Position numbers and translations under genes: made by a program
The notes under the pieces: model-generated
Databases searched by the model: none
Seen by the model: the letters and a program-made list of their open reading frames with translations, nothing else
Told to the model about the DNA's origin: nothing
Source of the DNA: Scyliorhinus canicula
Lineage: Eukaryota
Direction of reading: 5' to 3'
Assembly (NCBI RefSeq): GCF_902713615.1
Contig: NW_024055760.1
Coordinates: 1,353,712-1,417,711 of the forward strand
Length of the DNA stretch: 64,000 bases
Shown: piece by piece, positions 23,971-37,454 of the stretch
Layout: each line of letters begins with the position of its first letter
Position numbering within the stretch: position 1 is the first letter of the stretch

Positions 23971-24174
23971 CTTGCCTGACATTTGTGTTTGTTCTTTAGC
24001 ATTTGTCTGTGTGGATGGGGATCTCGTGTTTTGCGATCCTCTTCTTTTGTCTGACCAGATGTATGTAAAAATGCCATTGTGTGTTCATGTGCCAATGAGT
24101 ACTGATCTGTTCATTTGTGTGTCAGCGCCTGTATGTATACTTTGTTTATCATCTATCAATGTGTACATGAGTGT

Positions 24175-27100
24175 CAAAGACCCAACGGAATGTGAGTCAT
24201 ACAGACCAATCTCATTTCTGAACGTTGGTGCCAAAATACTGGCCAAGATCCTAGCCAAAAGGCTGGAAGACTGCGTGCCAGAGGTGGTAGCAGAAGACCA
24301 GACAGGCTTTGTCAAAGGTAGACAGCTTACTTTGAACATTAGGCGCCTGCTGAACGTGATAATGACCCCATCCTGGGAGAGAACACAAGAGGTGATCGTC
24401 TCTCTAGATGCAGAAAAGGCCTTCGACAGGGTCGAATTGAAATACCTCACAGAGGCACTGGAGCGGTTCGGGCTTCACCTCCTGGGTAAAACTCCTACAC
24501 AGCGCTCCCATGGCGAGCATATGGACAAACAACACCAACTCCCTATACTTCCAGCTGCACAGGGGCACCAGACAAGGATGCCCACTGTCCCCGCTGCTGT
24601 TCGCTCTAGCGATCGAGCCACTAGCAATTGCGCTCAGAGCGGCAAAAAGCTGGAGGGGGATCCAAAGGGGAGGTAGAGAGCACAGAGTCTCACTCTATGC
24701 AGATGATCTACTCCTCTACATTTCGGGCCCACAAAGCAGCATGGACGGAATCATCGCGCTCCTGAAAGAGTTTGGTGCCTTCTCGGGCTACAAACTCAAT
24801 ATGAGCAAAAGCAAGATCTTCCCAGTACACCCACAAGCCCAACACAAATTCCGCTACTTGGGGATCCAAATGGCCCATGACTGGAAAGGGATCCACAAAT
24901 GGAACCTTACCAGTCTGACAGAGGAAGTAAAAAAGGACCTGTAAAGATGCATCTAGTAACTCTTCCAGTAGTGTCTGTCGTTGTGGTTGTGGGTACGTCC
25001 TTGCCTCCTTTCGTAGGAAGCTTTTTAATTGCAGGTACCTTAGCTCGTTCCCCCTGGCTAGCTGGAATTTCTCTGTCACTTCGCCCAGTGTCGCGATCCT
25101 CCCGTCCGTGTAGACTCGCGGGGAGAGTCCAGACGATCAAAATGGACGTGCTGCCCAGGTACCTCTTCCTATTCAGATCCATCCCCATCTACATCCCCAA
25201 GGCCTTTTTCAAAGCACTAGACAAACTAATCATGGCGTTTGTGTGGGTGGGTGGGGGGGGGGGGGGGGGGAATGCTAGGATCCCAAAGAAGGTCTTGCAA
25301 AAAACAAAATCCAGGGGGGGCTTGCCCTCCCAAACCTACAACTCTACCGCTGGGCGGCGATGGCTGAGCGTGTAAGGGGATGGATCAAAGAGCTAGAAGC
25401 CGAGTGGGTGCACGCGGAGGAGGCCTCCTGCATGTGGACCTCCCTCCGGGCCCTTGCCACGGCAGCACTCCCATCCCCACCCAAACAACACTCCAGCAGC
25501 CCGGTGGTAATAGCCACCCCCCCAATCATGGAACCAACTACGGCAGCAATTTGGCCTGACCAAAATGTCAGGTAAAGCTCCCATCTGCAACAACCATAGG
25601 TTCACGCCAGCGCTGACTGACGCCACCTTCAAAAGGTGGGGACAGGACAGGGGGACACTGACAGTCAGGAACCTATACACGGACGGGAGGATTGCGACAC
25701 TGGGCGAAGTGACAGAGAAATTCCAGCTAGCCAGGGGGAACGAGCTAAGTTACCTGCAATTAAAAAGCTTCCTACGAAAGGAGACAAGGACGTACCCACA
25801 ACCACAACGACAGACACTACTGGAAGAGTTACTAGACGCAAGCATACTAGACAAAAGAAACTGTAGCGACATGTATGACCAACTGGTAGAAGGGGCCGAC
25901 ACCGTACTGGACGCAACAAGAAGAAAGTGGGAGGAGGACCTGGGGATCGAAATAGGGTGGGGACTCTGGAGTGATGGACTGCATAGGGTCAACTCCACCT
26001 CCACATGCGCAAGGCTCAGCCTGACGCAACTAAAAGTGGTACATAGAGCCCACTTAATAAGAACCCGTATGAGTAGGTTCTTCCCAGAGGCGGAGGACAG
26101 ATGTGAACGGTGCCAAAGAGGCCCGGCCAACCACGCCCACATGTTCTGGTCTTGCGCCAGACTGGTGGAGTACTGGACAGCCTTCTTCGAGGCTATGTCC
26201 AAAGTGGTGGGGGTGAGTGTGGAGCCATGCCCGAAAGTGGCGGTCTTCGGGGTTTCAGATCAGCCAGATCTATTCCTGGGGAGGAGTGCGGACGCCCTTG
26301 CCTTTGCCTCCCTGATTGCCCACCGTAGAATCCTGTTCAGCTGGCGGTCAGCAGCACCACCCAAAGCTGCAGACTGGCTGTCCGACCTCTCGGAATCTCT
26401 CCAAATGGAGAAAATCAAATTCGCCATCCGAGGGTCGGACGACGGCTTCCACAGAACGTGGGAGCCATTCACCCAATTGTTCCGGGACCTGTTCGAGCCA
26501 ACAAACAAACAGAAGAGCAACCAGGTAGCCAAGAAACGGGAAAGTAGCCAAAGCATGTGAGGGAGAGATAGACCGGGAGAGGGGGGGGGGGGGGAGGGAC
26601 AGCTAAATCTAAGAGGAAGGAAAGGCAAACCACAGGCTTGAGGGGGGGGGGGGGGAGGGGAGGGCAGAGGGGAGAGACAGGGAACAATAGAGGAGAGCCA
26701 GGGGAGGGAGAGGCAGGGAAACGTTAAAAAACTTGGCATCCACAGGAGCAGAGAAAATGGGGAAGACGGGAGGGCCGCAGAAGCGGAAGTGCGCACAAGA
26801 CGACAACATCAGCGAAATCCATCCGGAAGAAGCAAGGGACAACACCACAAACGGATGCCTACATATGCGTGTAAATAACTTTGCCAAGGGTACTGAGCTG
26901 CCGCTGTTGAGTAGGGGCACAATACCGTCCACTGACTTTGCAGGGAAAATCAACACTTCAGCAGCAGCAGCGACCCATGGGGGGGGGGATGAGTGCCCCG
27001 ATGCGAGGGGGTGGGAGGATTGAGGCACGTGGGGGTAACGTCTAGTAGATTGCTGATGTATACTCTCTTTATGCACTAGGTTAATGTTCACTAAGTTGCT

Positions 27101-27388
27101 GTGTTAAGATTATTACTATTTAATATGGAAAATTTTGCAAAACCTTAATTTAAAAGAAAACAGCAGCCCGGAAGGGGGGGGGGGGGGGGCGATTTATTTT
27201 CCTTTTTGTAAGGGGCGCATGCTCTATCCTGTATTGAATTTTGTGTTAATTTGCTAAACTGTTTATCGTTTAGCGGGTTACGTTGTTCTGTTCTGTTAGC
27301 ACGTTGCCCTTCTTTCTTTGTATTATTTTCCTTTTTGGAGTGTTTTATAAACTTATTGAAAACTCTGAATAAATACATTTTTTTCAAA
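24175..27388 (+). mobile_element. Composite L1-clade LINE insertion (RT, zinc knuckle, two 3' ends) in the IgM Cmu4-TM1 intron
   Basis: YRPISFLN, SLDAEKAFDRVE, GTRQGCPLSP, YADD and HMFWSC peptides; 17-bp TSD AATGTGTACATGAGTGT at 24158-24174 and 27389-27405. Confidence 0.88.
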
Positions 27389-27419
27389 AATGTGTACATG
27401 AGTGTGTTATTTTTTTTTT

Positions 27420-28330
27420 TTCATAAACTTAGTGTACACCATTCATTTTTGTCCAATTAAGACGCAATTTAGCGTGTCCAATCCACCTAGCCTGCACATT
27501 TTGGGTTGTGGGCTCAAAACCCACGCAAACACGGGTAGAATGTGCACACTCCACACGGACAATGACCCAGAGCCGGGATTGGACATGTGATCTCGACGCC
27601 ATGAGGCAGCAGGACTAATCCACTGCGCCACCATGCTGCCTTAATATGAGTCTGTTATTGAGTATGCTTATGTGTTGAAGTCTATGTTTATATATTAATG
27701 CCTGTGTTAATATGTGTTTGTACTTTCCTGCCTTGTAATATGTGTTATTGTGTCCTTTTGCGTTCAACATGCATGTCAATGTCTTAATGTTTGCGTCTGG
27801 ATAAGCGCTTTTGTGCATGTATGATCATCATCATAGAATCCCCACAGTGCTGAACGAGGCCAATCAGCTCATCGAGTCAGCACCGACCCTCTGAAAGAGC
27901 ACCCTATCAAGGTACATGCCCCCGCCCCACCCTCATAACCTCATAACATCACTTAACCTTTTGGATACTAAGGGGCAATGGAGCATGGCCAATCCACCTA
28001 AACTGCTCACCTTTGGACTGTGGGAGGAAACGGGATCACCCGGAGGATATCCATGCAGACACAGGAGAACGTGCAAACTCCACACAGACAGTCACCCAAG
28101 GCTGGAATTGAACCCAGCCTTTGGCACTGGGAGACAGCAGTGCTGTGTATGCGTTGATGAAAAAAAATGTACATTGCTATTGTCACGAGTAGGCTTCAAA
28201 TGAAGTTACTGTGAAAAGCCCCTAGTCACCACATTCCGACGCCTGTTCGGGGAGGCTGTTACGGGAATCGAATCGTGCTGCTAGCCTGCTTGGTCTGCTT
28301 TCAAAGCCAGCGATTTAGCCCTGTGCTAAA
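27420..28330 (-). mobile_element. Three SINEs (about 27420-27640, 27835-28142, 28165-28330)
   Basis: Reverse-complement V-SINE heads and cores; the third is the short tRNA-SINE with gacaataagcgattttcat-type tail. Confidence 0.75.
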
Positions 28331-28430
28331 TGATGGTTATTTAAAACTATGTATTACTTGTGTATTGATGTCTCCATGTGCACTAATGTATATTCGTGTT
28401 AACATGTGTACGAGTCTGCTGACATATGTC

Positions 28431-30015
28431 GCTGTCTCTGGCGGGTAGGGTGCAATCAGTCAAGATGACGGTGCTCCCGAGATTTCTGTTCCTGTTCCAG
28501 TGCCTCCCCATCCTTATCCCGAAGGCCTTTTTCAGGCGGGTTAACAGGAGCATTACGGGGTTTGTGTGGGTGAACGGGGCCCCGAGGGTGTGAAGGGTGT
28601 TTTTGAGCGGGGCAGAGATGGGGGTGGGGGTGGGGGTGGGGGGCTGGCGCTGCCCAACCTCTGTGGGTATTATTGGGCTGCCAACGCAGTGATGGTGCGT
28701 AAGTGGGTAATGGAGGGGGAAGGGTCAGCATGGAGGAGGATGGAGATGGCGTCCTGTGTGGACACGAGCCAGGAGGCGCAGGTAACGTTGCCGCTGCTGC
28801 TCCCTCCAACGAGGTATACCATGAGCCCGGTGGTGGCGGCTACCCTCAAAATTTGGGGCAATGGAGACGGCACAGGGGGGAGGTGGGGCCTCGATGGGGC
28901 CACGATACGGGGGAACCACCGGTTTGTCCCGGGGAGAATTGATGGTGGGTTCTTGAGCTGGCACAGGGCAGGTGTTAGGAGGTTGAGGGACCTGTTTGTA
29001 GACGGGAAGTTTGCGAGCCTGGGTGAGCTGAAAGGGAGGTTCGGGCTCACCCGGGGAACACCTTTCGGTACATGTAGGTAAGGGCTTTTGTCAGGCGGCA
29101 GGTGGCGGAGTTCCCTCTGTTGCCGCCGCGTGGTGTCCAGGACAGGGTGCTCTCGGGTGTGTGAATTGGAGAGGGGAGGAGCTCGGCAACATACAAGTGA
29201 TGCGGGAGGTAGACGAGGCCTCGGTGGAGGAGCTGAAGGGTAAATGGGAGGAGGAGCTGGGTGAGGAGATTGAGGAGGGGACGTGGGCGGACACCCTAGG
29301 AAGGGGGAACTCCTCTTCTTCTTGTGCGAGGCTTAGCCTCATACAGTTTAAGGTGCTGCATAGGGCTCACATGACCGGGATAAGGATGAGCCGGTTCTTT
29401 GGGAGCGAGAACAGGTGTATTAGGTGCTCAGGGAGCCCAGCAAACCATGTCCATATGTTCTGGGCATGCCCAGCACTGGGGGAATTTTGGAAAGGCGTAG
29501 CGGGGACGGTGTCGAGAGTGGTAGGATCCAGGGTCAAACCAGGCTGGGGACTCGAAATATTTGGGGTTGCAGAGGAGCCGGGAGTGCAGGAGGTGAAAGA
29601 GGCCAGTGTTCTGGCCTTTGCGCCCCTAATAGCCTGGCGGAGGATTCTTCTTCAGTGGAAGGATGCGAGACCCCCAAGCGTGGAGGCCTGGATCAATGGT
29701 ATGGCGGGGTTTATTAAATTGGAAATGGTGAAATCTGCCCTAAGGGGATCAGTGCAGGGGTCCTTCAGGAGGTGGCAACCATTCCTGGATTTCCTGGCAG
29801 AACGGTAGGAAAAAGACCAGCAGCAGCAGCAACCCGGGGGCGGGGGTCCCTTTGTTTTGGGCTGAAGGGACGTGTATATTTGTTTTTTGCTAATGTCGGG
29901 CGTTAATTAATTTCTTATTTTTTGTATATGGGGGGGGGGTTGTTCTTTCTGTTTTTAGTATTTTCTATTATTGATATTTTGTGAAAATTTGAATAAAAAT
30001 TATTTTTTTTAAAAA
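28431..30015 (+). mobile_element. 5'-truncated L1-clade LINE (same family as 9233-10398)
   Basis: KMTVLPRFLFLFQ and HMFWACP peptides; AATAAA plus A tail; 19-bp TSD GAGTCTGCTGACATATGTC at 28412-28430 and 30016-30034. Confidence 0.9.
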
Positions 30016-30039
30016 GAGTCTGCTGACATATGTCTACGT

Positions 30040-30545
30040 GTACCCCTAATTGTGGTATTGTGGATTATTGTCTCTGTCTTTAATTCTATACTTCTGTCAT
30101 CGTGAAATTGTGCGATTGAATATGTTATTGGTTACATTTGTGTTTCATATTCTGATGTTAGTCTACTTGTCTGGTTTTATATGTTTGCGTTTGCATCTTT
30201 GTGTATCTGTGTGGACATGTTGGTGTTTGTGTATGTTTGTGTATGCTTGTGTGCCTGATTGTGTACGTATATTTGTATGTGTATGTGTCAATGTGTCTGT
30301 GTGAGTATAAACATGTGCTTTTCTGTGTTTGTCTGCATGTTTGTGCATTTCTGTACACGTTCGTGTGCGTTCTTGTGTCAATATATGTGTGGTTCGTTGT
30401 ACCTGGGTGTATGTTTTGTGTGTGTTTCTGTGTGTGTGTGTGTTTGTGTCCATGTGTGCATGTATATATGTTTGTGGGAAAGGGGGTGTATGTATGTGTT
30501 GTGTTTAAGTCTGTTTAACTGTGTGTCTGTGTATTTGTATCCGCT
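30040..30545. repeat. (TG/TA)-rich low-complexity tract
   Basis: Degenerate tgtg/tatg repeats; the Cys/Val and His/Thr ORFs here are artefacts. Confidence 0.85.
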
Positions 30546-31204
30546 GCCTGTAGCTTTGCCAGTTGTGGTATTATTGATAGCGATGTAGAATATGTTGAAC
30601 TTTCTGCTAACAAATGTGTTTTCTGTGAGATGCAAGGTGACATCAGGTGACCGAATACAAAAATGCAAGGAGGTGCCTCAGGAGAGAACAATGAAAATCC
30701 AGGGAGAATCCAATCACCAGCCTGCATTTGGATTATGGCGAATCGGTTTTAGATACGGATAAGAGGAACAAGAGTGCAAAAAAAGGTAACATTCTGTTGC
30801 ATAAATAGATAAATAAAGAACATCTTTATCATGATGGTCTTTTCACATCTTCAGGCAGTAAACGACAAACCGACTTGTAATGTCAGTAACTGAATGCTCA
30901 GAGTAGAGACTCGTCCGCTCTCAAACTCGCTGCTTGGGGATTGGGAGGACAGTGAGCTAATCATCTCTGGATAAAAGCAAGTTGCTGCTGATGCTGGAAT
31001 CTGCTGAGATTTTTCCAGCATTTTCTCTTTGGAGTTAATAATCTCCCTCATTGGTCAGCTTGACAAATTCTCTTTGGGTTTCCCCCTGCTGAGGAGGTGG
31101 AGATACAGAGAGTTCACTCATCACCTTCCTCCTCTTTTCCTCGGGAACGTGGAGGTGAAATGGGTTAATATTGCCCCTCTCTCTTTTTGTTTGGGATTTG
31201 GGTG

Positions 31205-33221
31205 TACAGTGGATTATCTAATGCCCCTCCCACTCTGTTGCGGAAGTGGGGGAACAGTGGATTAAATATTTCCCCTCCCCTCTCTGTTGTTGAAGTGGGG
31301 GTACAGTGGATTAACTAATGAAATGAATGAAAATCGCATATTGTCACGAGTAGGCTTCAAGTGAAGTTACTGTGAAAAGCCCCTAGTCGCCACATTCCGG
31401 CCCCTGTTCGGGGAAGGTTGTTATGGGAATTGAACCGTGCTGCTGGCCTGCTTAGTCTGCATTCATAGCCAGCGACTTAGCCCTGTGCTAAACTGCCCTA
31501 CCCCTTTCTGTTCGGGATGTGGGGGCACAGTAGATTAACTAATGCCCCTCCCCTCTTTTTGCTGGGGATGTGGGGTACAGTGGATTAACTAATGTTTCTC
31601 CCCTTCTCTGTTCGGGATGTGGGGTACAGTGGATTAACTAATGCCACTCCTCTCTCTCTTCGGATGTAGGGGTGCAGTGGATTAACCAATGCCCCTCCCC
31701 TCTCTGTGTCGGGATGTGGTGGTACAGTGGGTTAACTAATGCAACCTCCCCTCTCTGTTCGGGATGTTGGGGGTACAGTGATTTAACTAATGCCCCTCCC
31801 CCTCTCTCTGTTGGGGAAGTGTGGTACACTGTGTTAACAAACTCCCCTCCTGTATATGCTGTGTATTTGGGGATACAGTGTATTAAATACTTCACTCCCC
31901 ACGCATTGGTGTGGAAGTGGGGTTACAGTGGGTTAACTAATATCCCTTCCTCTTTGTTAGGGAATTGGGGTGCAGTGCATTTACGAATACCTCTTCCCCT
32001 CTCTTTTTTGGGGTAAATGTGGACAGAGTGGATTAACTAAAGCCTCCCCCCCCCTCTCTGTTGGGGATGTGGGGGTACAGTGGGATTAACTAATTACCCT
32101 CCGCCTCTCTCTGTTGTTGAAGTGGGGGTAACCGTGGATTAAATAATTCCCCTCCTCTCTCTCTTTTGAGGAAGTGAGCACACAGAGGATAAAGGAATGC
32201 CCCTCCTCCTCTCTCTCTTGGGAAAGTAGGGGTACAGTGGATTAACCAAAGGCCCTCTCACTCTCTTTGTTGTGGAAGTGGGGTACAGTGGATTAACTAA
32301 AGGCCCTCTCCTCTTTCTGTGGGAGAGTGGGGGTACAGTGCATTAACTAAAGACCCTCCGCCTCTCTCTCTGGGGAGAGTGGGGAACAGTGGATTAACTA
32401 AAGGCCCGCCTCCTCTTTTCTGTGGGGAGAGTGGGGGTACAGTGCATTAACTAAAGACCCTCCGCCTCTCTCTGTGGGGAGAGTGGGGGTACAGTTGCAT
32501 TAACTAACAGACCCTCCGCCTCTCTCTGTGGGGAGAGTAGGGGTACAGTGTATTAACTAAGACCCTCTGCCTCTCTCTCTGGGAGAGTGGGGGTACAGTG
32601 CATTAACTAAGGCACACCGCCTATCTCTTTCCAGGGAAGTGTGTGTACAGTGGGTTAACTGATCCCCCTCCCAATCTCATTTTTCTGGAAGTGGGATATT
32701 GTGAATTAAACTAAAGGCCCTCCGCCTCTCTCTGTTGTTGAAGTGGGGGTACCGTGGATTAAATAATTCCCCTCCTCTCTCTCTCTTTTGAAGAAGTGAG
32801 CACACAGAGGTAAAGGAAAGCCCCTCCTCCTCTCTCTCTTGGGAAAGTAGGGGTGCAGTGGATTAACCAAAGGCCCTCTCACTCTCTTTGTTGGGACAGT
32901 GGGGGTACGGTGGATTAACTAAAGGCCCTCCGCCTCTTCTGTGGGGAAAGTGGGGATACAGTGAATGAACAAAAGGGACTCCACCTATCTCTTTCTTGGG
33001 AAGTGGTTATAGTGGATTAACTAAAGGCCCTCCCACTCTCTTTTTGTGGAGGTGGGGTACAGTGGATTACCTAAAGGCCCTCCGCCTCTGTTGGGAAAGT
33101 GTGGGTACAGTGGGTTAATCATTTCCCGATACCTCTCCTTTGATGGCGAATTGTTGGTCCATGTTTCTGTTTGTTCCTCAATTCAGCTTGTAGTGGGTGT
33201 GAGACAGCAACTTAAAGCTGA
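31205..33221. repeat. Minisatellite block (about 50-60-bp unit GGGGTACAGTGGATTAACTAATGCCCCTCCCCTCTCTGTTGGGAAGT) with an embedded SINE at about 31325-31495
   Basis: More than 30 degenerate units with higher-order variants; unique 100-bp flank at 33115-33221. Confidence 0.9.
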
Positions 33222-33550
33222 AATCAATTTTAAAGGGATGGACAATGAGAGAAGCAGGAACACCGAGATCCAAATGTGATGGATTTGTTTGTCTGAAATG
33301 AAAAATTGTCCGATTTCTCCTCAGCCGGAGGAAATTCAATGAAGATATTTTGCTGAATCCTGGAATGAAATGAGATTTACTCTGTCTCTAACCCAGGGTG
33401 TATCTGAGCTGGGAGCACTGGTTGTATCAGACTTGGGGCCGAGACCTGTAGAAATCCGAGTCTCATTGAACAGATCTGATATCAGCAAAGTGGAAGCAAC
33501 CATTAATTAAGGGCGCTGTACATTTAAATCACAATTGGAGGGAAAATAAC

Positions 33551-33556
33551 TTTATT
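33551..33556 (-). terminator. PolyA signal for the IgM secreted form
   Basis: AATAAA about 36 nt after the secretory-tail TGA (33592-33594). Confidence 0.7.
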
Positions 33557-33591
33557 ATTTTATTTTAGTTCAAAATATAACCAATGGATTC

Positions 33592-33985
33592 TCATTGACA
33601 TGAATTAACGGTGTCCATCAGAGCGAGGGATAATGTTCACAAAACTGGGTTTACCGCTGGATTATTAACCGTTCTGTGATGATCTTCAAGGGGATGGCTT
33701 CATGTCCCACCACACAGGAGTAATAAGCGCCGCTGGCCCACTCCTCCGCTGCAAGGGATAACAGGCTGTACATGAAGAAGAGCTATTGCCGTTCTCCTAC
33801 GCCATCACCTCGGTGTTCTTGTAGTTGCCGGGATTCACCGGCTTGTCATTGACGTCCACTTGACGAAGATCTCTCGGGGGGAGAAACCTCTCACTAAGCA
33901 GCTGAGGGAGGCGAATCTCTGAGGCGGAGACGTCTTCAGCCGAGGGGCGGAGGACAGAGACGGATTGCGTTCCCGCGGATTGGAT
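33592..33985 (-). pseudogene. IGHM: IgM Cmu4 exon plus secretory tailpiece, frameshifted
   Basis: Mosaic frames give SAEDVS.QRFASLSCLVRGFSPREIFVKWT(V)NDKPVNPGNYKNTEVMA*EN...[23 protein letters not shown](N)RTVN(K)SS|GKPSFVNI(S)LALMDTVNSCQ*, matching recalled horn-shark IgM; internal donor G|GTAAAC at 33654; in-frame TAG and several 1-nt indels. Confidence 0.93.
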
Positions 33986-34269
33986 CTGCAGAAATGTACA
34001 ATAATGTTAATAAAATGGGGAATTCCGAGGACAATGGAACCGCGGGTTAGATGTGAGAGAATGTGTTTTGTGTTGGATTTTAAAGGTTCCATTTCCACTT
34101 GGGATCTGTCCGGCGTTCCCAGCTCGGAGCAGAGGTGGCACATCCTTTTCCCTGAGACTTTACGGATATTGAATTTGAAAGTTTCAGAAAGTATACAGCA
34201 GGGAAACAGGCCATTCGGCCCAACTGTTCTGTGCTGGTGTATAAACTCCACACCTGGCTCCTCCCACCT

Positions 34270-35500
34270 TACTCCCAGAGGATTGGAAAACTGCCAATGT
34301 AACACCCTTATTCAAAGGGGAGGGAGTAAAAAACAGGTAACAATAGGCCAGTGACCTGTCAGTGGAGAACGGTGAGAGTCCATTATAACGTTTCTAATAG
34401 CTGAGCATTTCAAAATACACAATATAATCAAACAGAGTCAGCAGGGCTTTGTGAAAGGTAAATCATGCCTGAAAGCTTTATTGCCCTTATTTGAGGTGAT
34501 AACGAGAAGGCAAGAGAGAGGGGGGGGGGGGGGGCAGTAGATGTACTATACATGTATTTCAAAACTGTGTTTAATAAATGAATGTACTATTCCCATGTTT
34601 ACAGATGACAAAATATATGTAGAAAGCCAGGTGGTGAGGATTACAGAATATCCACAGAGGGACAGAGGCAGCTTAAGTTACTGAATAAAAACTTGGCAGA
34701 TGGAACATAATGTAGGAAAATGTGAGGTTATAATTTGGCAGGAGGAAGAACATAACGGAATATTATTTACATGGAGAAAGACTGGAGAAAGCTGAAGTAA
34801 CGGGGGAATTGTGAGTCCTCCTGCAGAAACCACAAAAAGCAAGTTCTGCAGGTAATATGGAGACAAATTGAATGTTGACATTTATTTCAAACGGAATAGA
34901 ATATAACATGGGGAGGTCGAGCTAAAACTATACAAAGCATTAGTTAGACGACACCTGGTGTACTTTGAATAGTTTTGGTGCCCTTATCTAAGGAAGACAG
35001 ATTGGTTTTGAAGGCAGTCCAGAGAAGGATCACGAGGCTGATCCCGAGTATGGAGGGAGTTTCTTATGGGGAGAGTTGTTCTTATTGGAGTTTAGAGGAA
35101 TGAAGGCGACATAATTGAGACATGAAAGATTCTCAGGGAGCTTCTTAGGATAGACGCTGAGAGGTTGTTTTTCCCCTTGTGGGAGGCGTCAAGGAGCAGC
35201 GTGAATGATCGTCAAAATAAGGGTTCGCCCATTTCAGACAGAGATGAGAAGGAAATTTCCTCTCTCAGAGGGTAGGGAGCTGTGGAATTATTTAAGCGCA
35301 GGGGGCTGTAGATTCTGGGGTGTCAGTATGTTCAAGTTGAGAGAGACATATTTTAAATCAGTAAAGGCGTCAAGACGATTTTGGAGATTAGGCGGGAAGA
35401 GGAGTTGAAGGTTATCACAGCAGATCAGTCATGATCTCACTGAAGGCTGGACCGGTGTTTTATGGGCCCAAAGGCCTACATCTGCTCCTAAGTCTTGTGG
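34270..35500 (+). mobile_element. Degenerate CR1 LINE
   Basis: ttcaaagggagggag, ggtaaatcatgcctga, gcagatggaacataatgtagg and gatcagtcatgatctcactgaa CR1 motifs. Confidence 0.7.
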
Positions 35501-35629
35501 TCTATAGTCTCGCTCCGTCTAAACCCAATATCACTACTTTTAATTCATTGTTCATTCATCTGCATATCAATTTCCACCTTAAACTCTAAACGCCTAGTTT
35601 TTAGTGTAGCGGAATTACCTATCTGGATA

Positions 35630-35930
35630 GAGCAGCCCGTAGCACAAGCCCTTGGCTTGACAACGCCAGGGTCCCAGTTTCGATTCCCTGCTGGGAGTCT
35701 GCACGTTCCCCCCGTGGCTGCGTGGGTTTCCTCCGGGTGCTCCGGTTTCTTCTCACATTCTAAAGACGTGCAGGTTAGGTGGATTGGCCATGCTAAATTG
35801 CCCTTTGTGACCAAAAAACGTTAGGTGCGGTTATTGGGTTACGGGGATTGGATGGAAGTGAGGGCTTAAGTGGGTCGGTGCAAACTCGATGGGGCGAACG
35901 GCCTCCTTCTGCACTGGTATGTTCTAGACT
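35630..35930 (+). mobile_element. V-SINE
   Basis: V-core GTGGGTTTCCTCCGGGTGCTCCGGTTT, GGATTGGCCATGCTAAATTGCCC. Confidence 0.8.
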
Positions 35931-36008
35931 GTAATACTAAATATTGACCGCACTGACACTAGAAATAGAACACAATGGCTCACTTATTGCTTCAGTCTCA
36001 CGGCTCAC

Positions 36009-36317
36009 CTATGTTTTTGTGAATTGAAATTCTTAAAGGAGTTGGCAGGTCTTGATGGCTCGCCACACAGCCAAACACAGCCCCACTCAGCCAGGCTTGT
36101 GTCGAGATGTTTAATTTTGCTGACCACGCTCTCAGTATCTGCCCCAGGCTGGTCGGCAATCTCTGATTTCAGCGGCTTCTTCGCTTCACTCAAGGACACA
36201 TTGACTCCATAGGGAGCATTCGAATGACGCAGGTTAAGGTTACAGTCCGCCTCCAGTAAGACCTGTTATATTGGCGGTCGGCAGTATTGTTATGAGGCAT
36301 CAGTGCGACGGAAGGAT
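36009..36317 (-). pseudogene. IGHM: IgM Cmu3 exon, disrupted
   Basis: TILP.PPI*QVLLEATVTLTCV.(S)[24 protein letters not shown]...[31 protein letters not shown] across frames; TAA in place of Glu, conserved Trp changed to Leu; AG/GT boundaries intact. Confidence 0.9.
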
Positions 36318-36945
36318 CTGCGAATGAAAAAAAATGGAAATCACCCAGATTTTCATCTTCAGAATCAGGACAGCAGGATTCAGCCTTCACTCAATAAATG
36401 GGAATAAATCAACTTCGAAACTTCTAAATATCGCCATTAATCTTTTATACACAACGGAAAACCAGTTCGGTCAGTGTAAACTATTCTCATTGTGAAATAC
36501 AATCAGCCCGATGCCATTCTAATGAATCAGTATTGCAGCATTGCCAATACAAATATTCCAGTCCTGATCTCAGGAACCTAACACTGAAGGCTGATTTATA
36601 AATGGGTTGGATGAAATTTCCAACACTTTCGTCCCGGAGCTGTTATCAGTAATGTGTTTCAGACACCCACTGACTCTCAAATATAACCAGCTGTCTCAGG
36701 ATAAAGCTGATATCAAGTCCACCTCACTTACTAAATGACTTCAAATTAGAGCGAAACATTTATTTCTATACTGATCAAATCCTGAATGGTGAGCAATCCT
36801 AATGCAGCTCTTACATCAGAATGAAACAAACTACATGGCAGTAAATTAGAAGTTATTCTGTGCTTTGTAATAACTTCAGTAAATTCCTGATTTTGATTAA
36901 CATCAGAGTTCAGGATTTATTGTTTCCTCTGTTTGTGTCTCTTAC

Positions 36946-37254
36946 CAGACGCGGTGATGTTGTGACTTTGGGTGACCTCTTGATGAGTGACCTGGCAGGT
37001 ATAGACCGCTTTGCTGAACCATTCCCCAGCGGAGACTGTCAGCCGACTGCTCGCCGAGAAGTTCCCGTTCACTTCACAGGCGGAAGAGGTGACAATTCGT
37101 GAACCCATGGCTTGTCCATTCTTCAGCCAATTCACCGTCATTGAATTTGGCTGGAAATCGTTAATTGAACAGACGATGGTTGCAAATTTCTGTCTTGTGA
37201 TTTCTTCATTCGAACTCACGGTGAGGAAAACATGTGGAGGGACACCAGGCGGGC
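36946..37254 (-). pseudogene. IGHM: IgM Cmu2 exon (intact, 309 nt)
   Basis: [46 protein letters not shown]...[20 protein letters not shown]; both Ig Cys and Trp; phase-1 AG/GT boundaries. Confidence 0.93.
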
Positions 37255-37454
37255 CTTCAAGAAACACAATTTAGACATTTCTTGCAGAAGATGGTGTGAC
37301 AAATAAAATGATTTATTATATTTAACAGCTTCTCTGCGGTCAATATTTTCCTCAGGAATCAGAACGGCACACTTTACCATAAATATGTTATAGCCAAAGG
37401 TTTAAATAAAGTAATCACAGCGGTTCTGCTTCGCACAGTTTCCACAACACTTAC

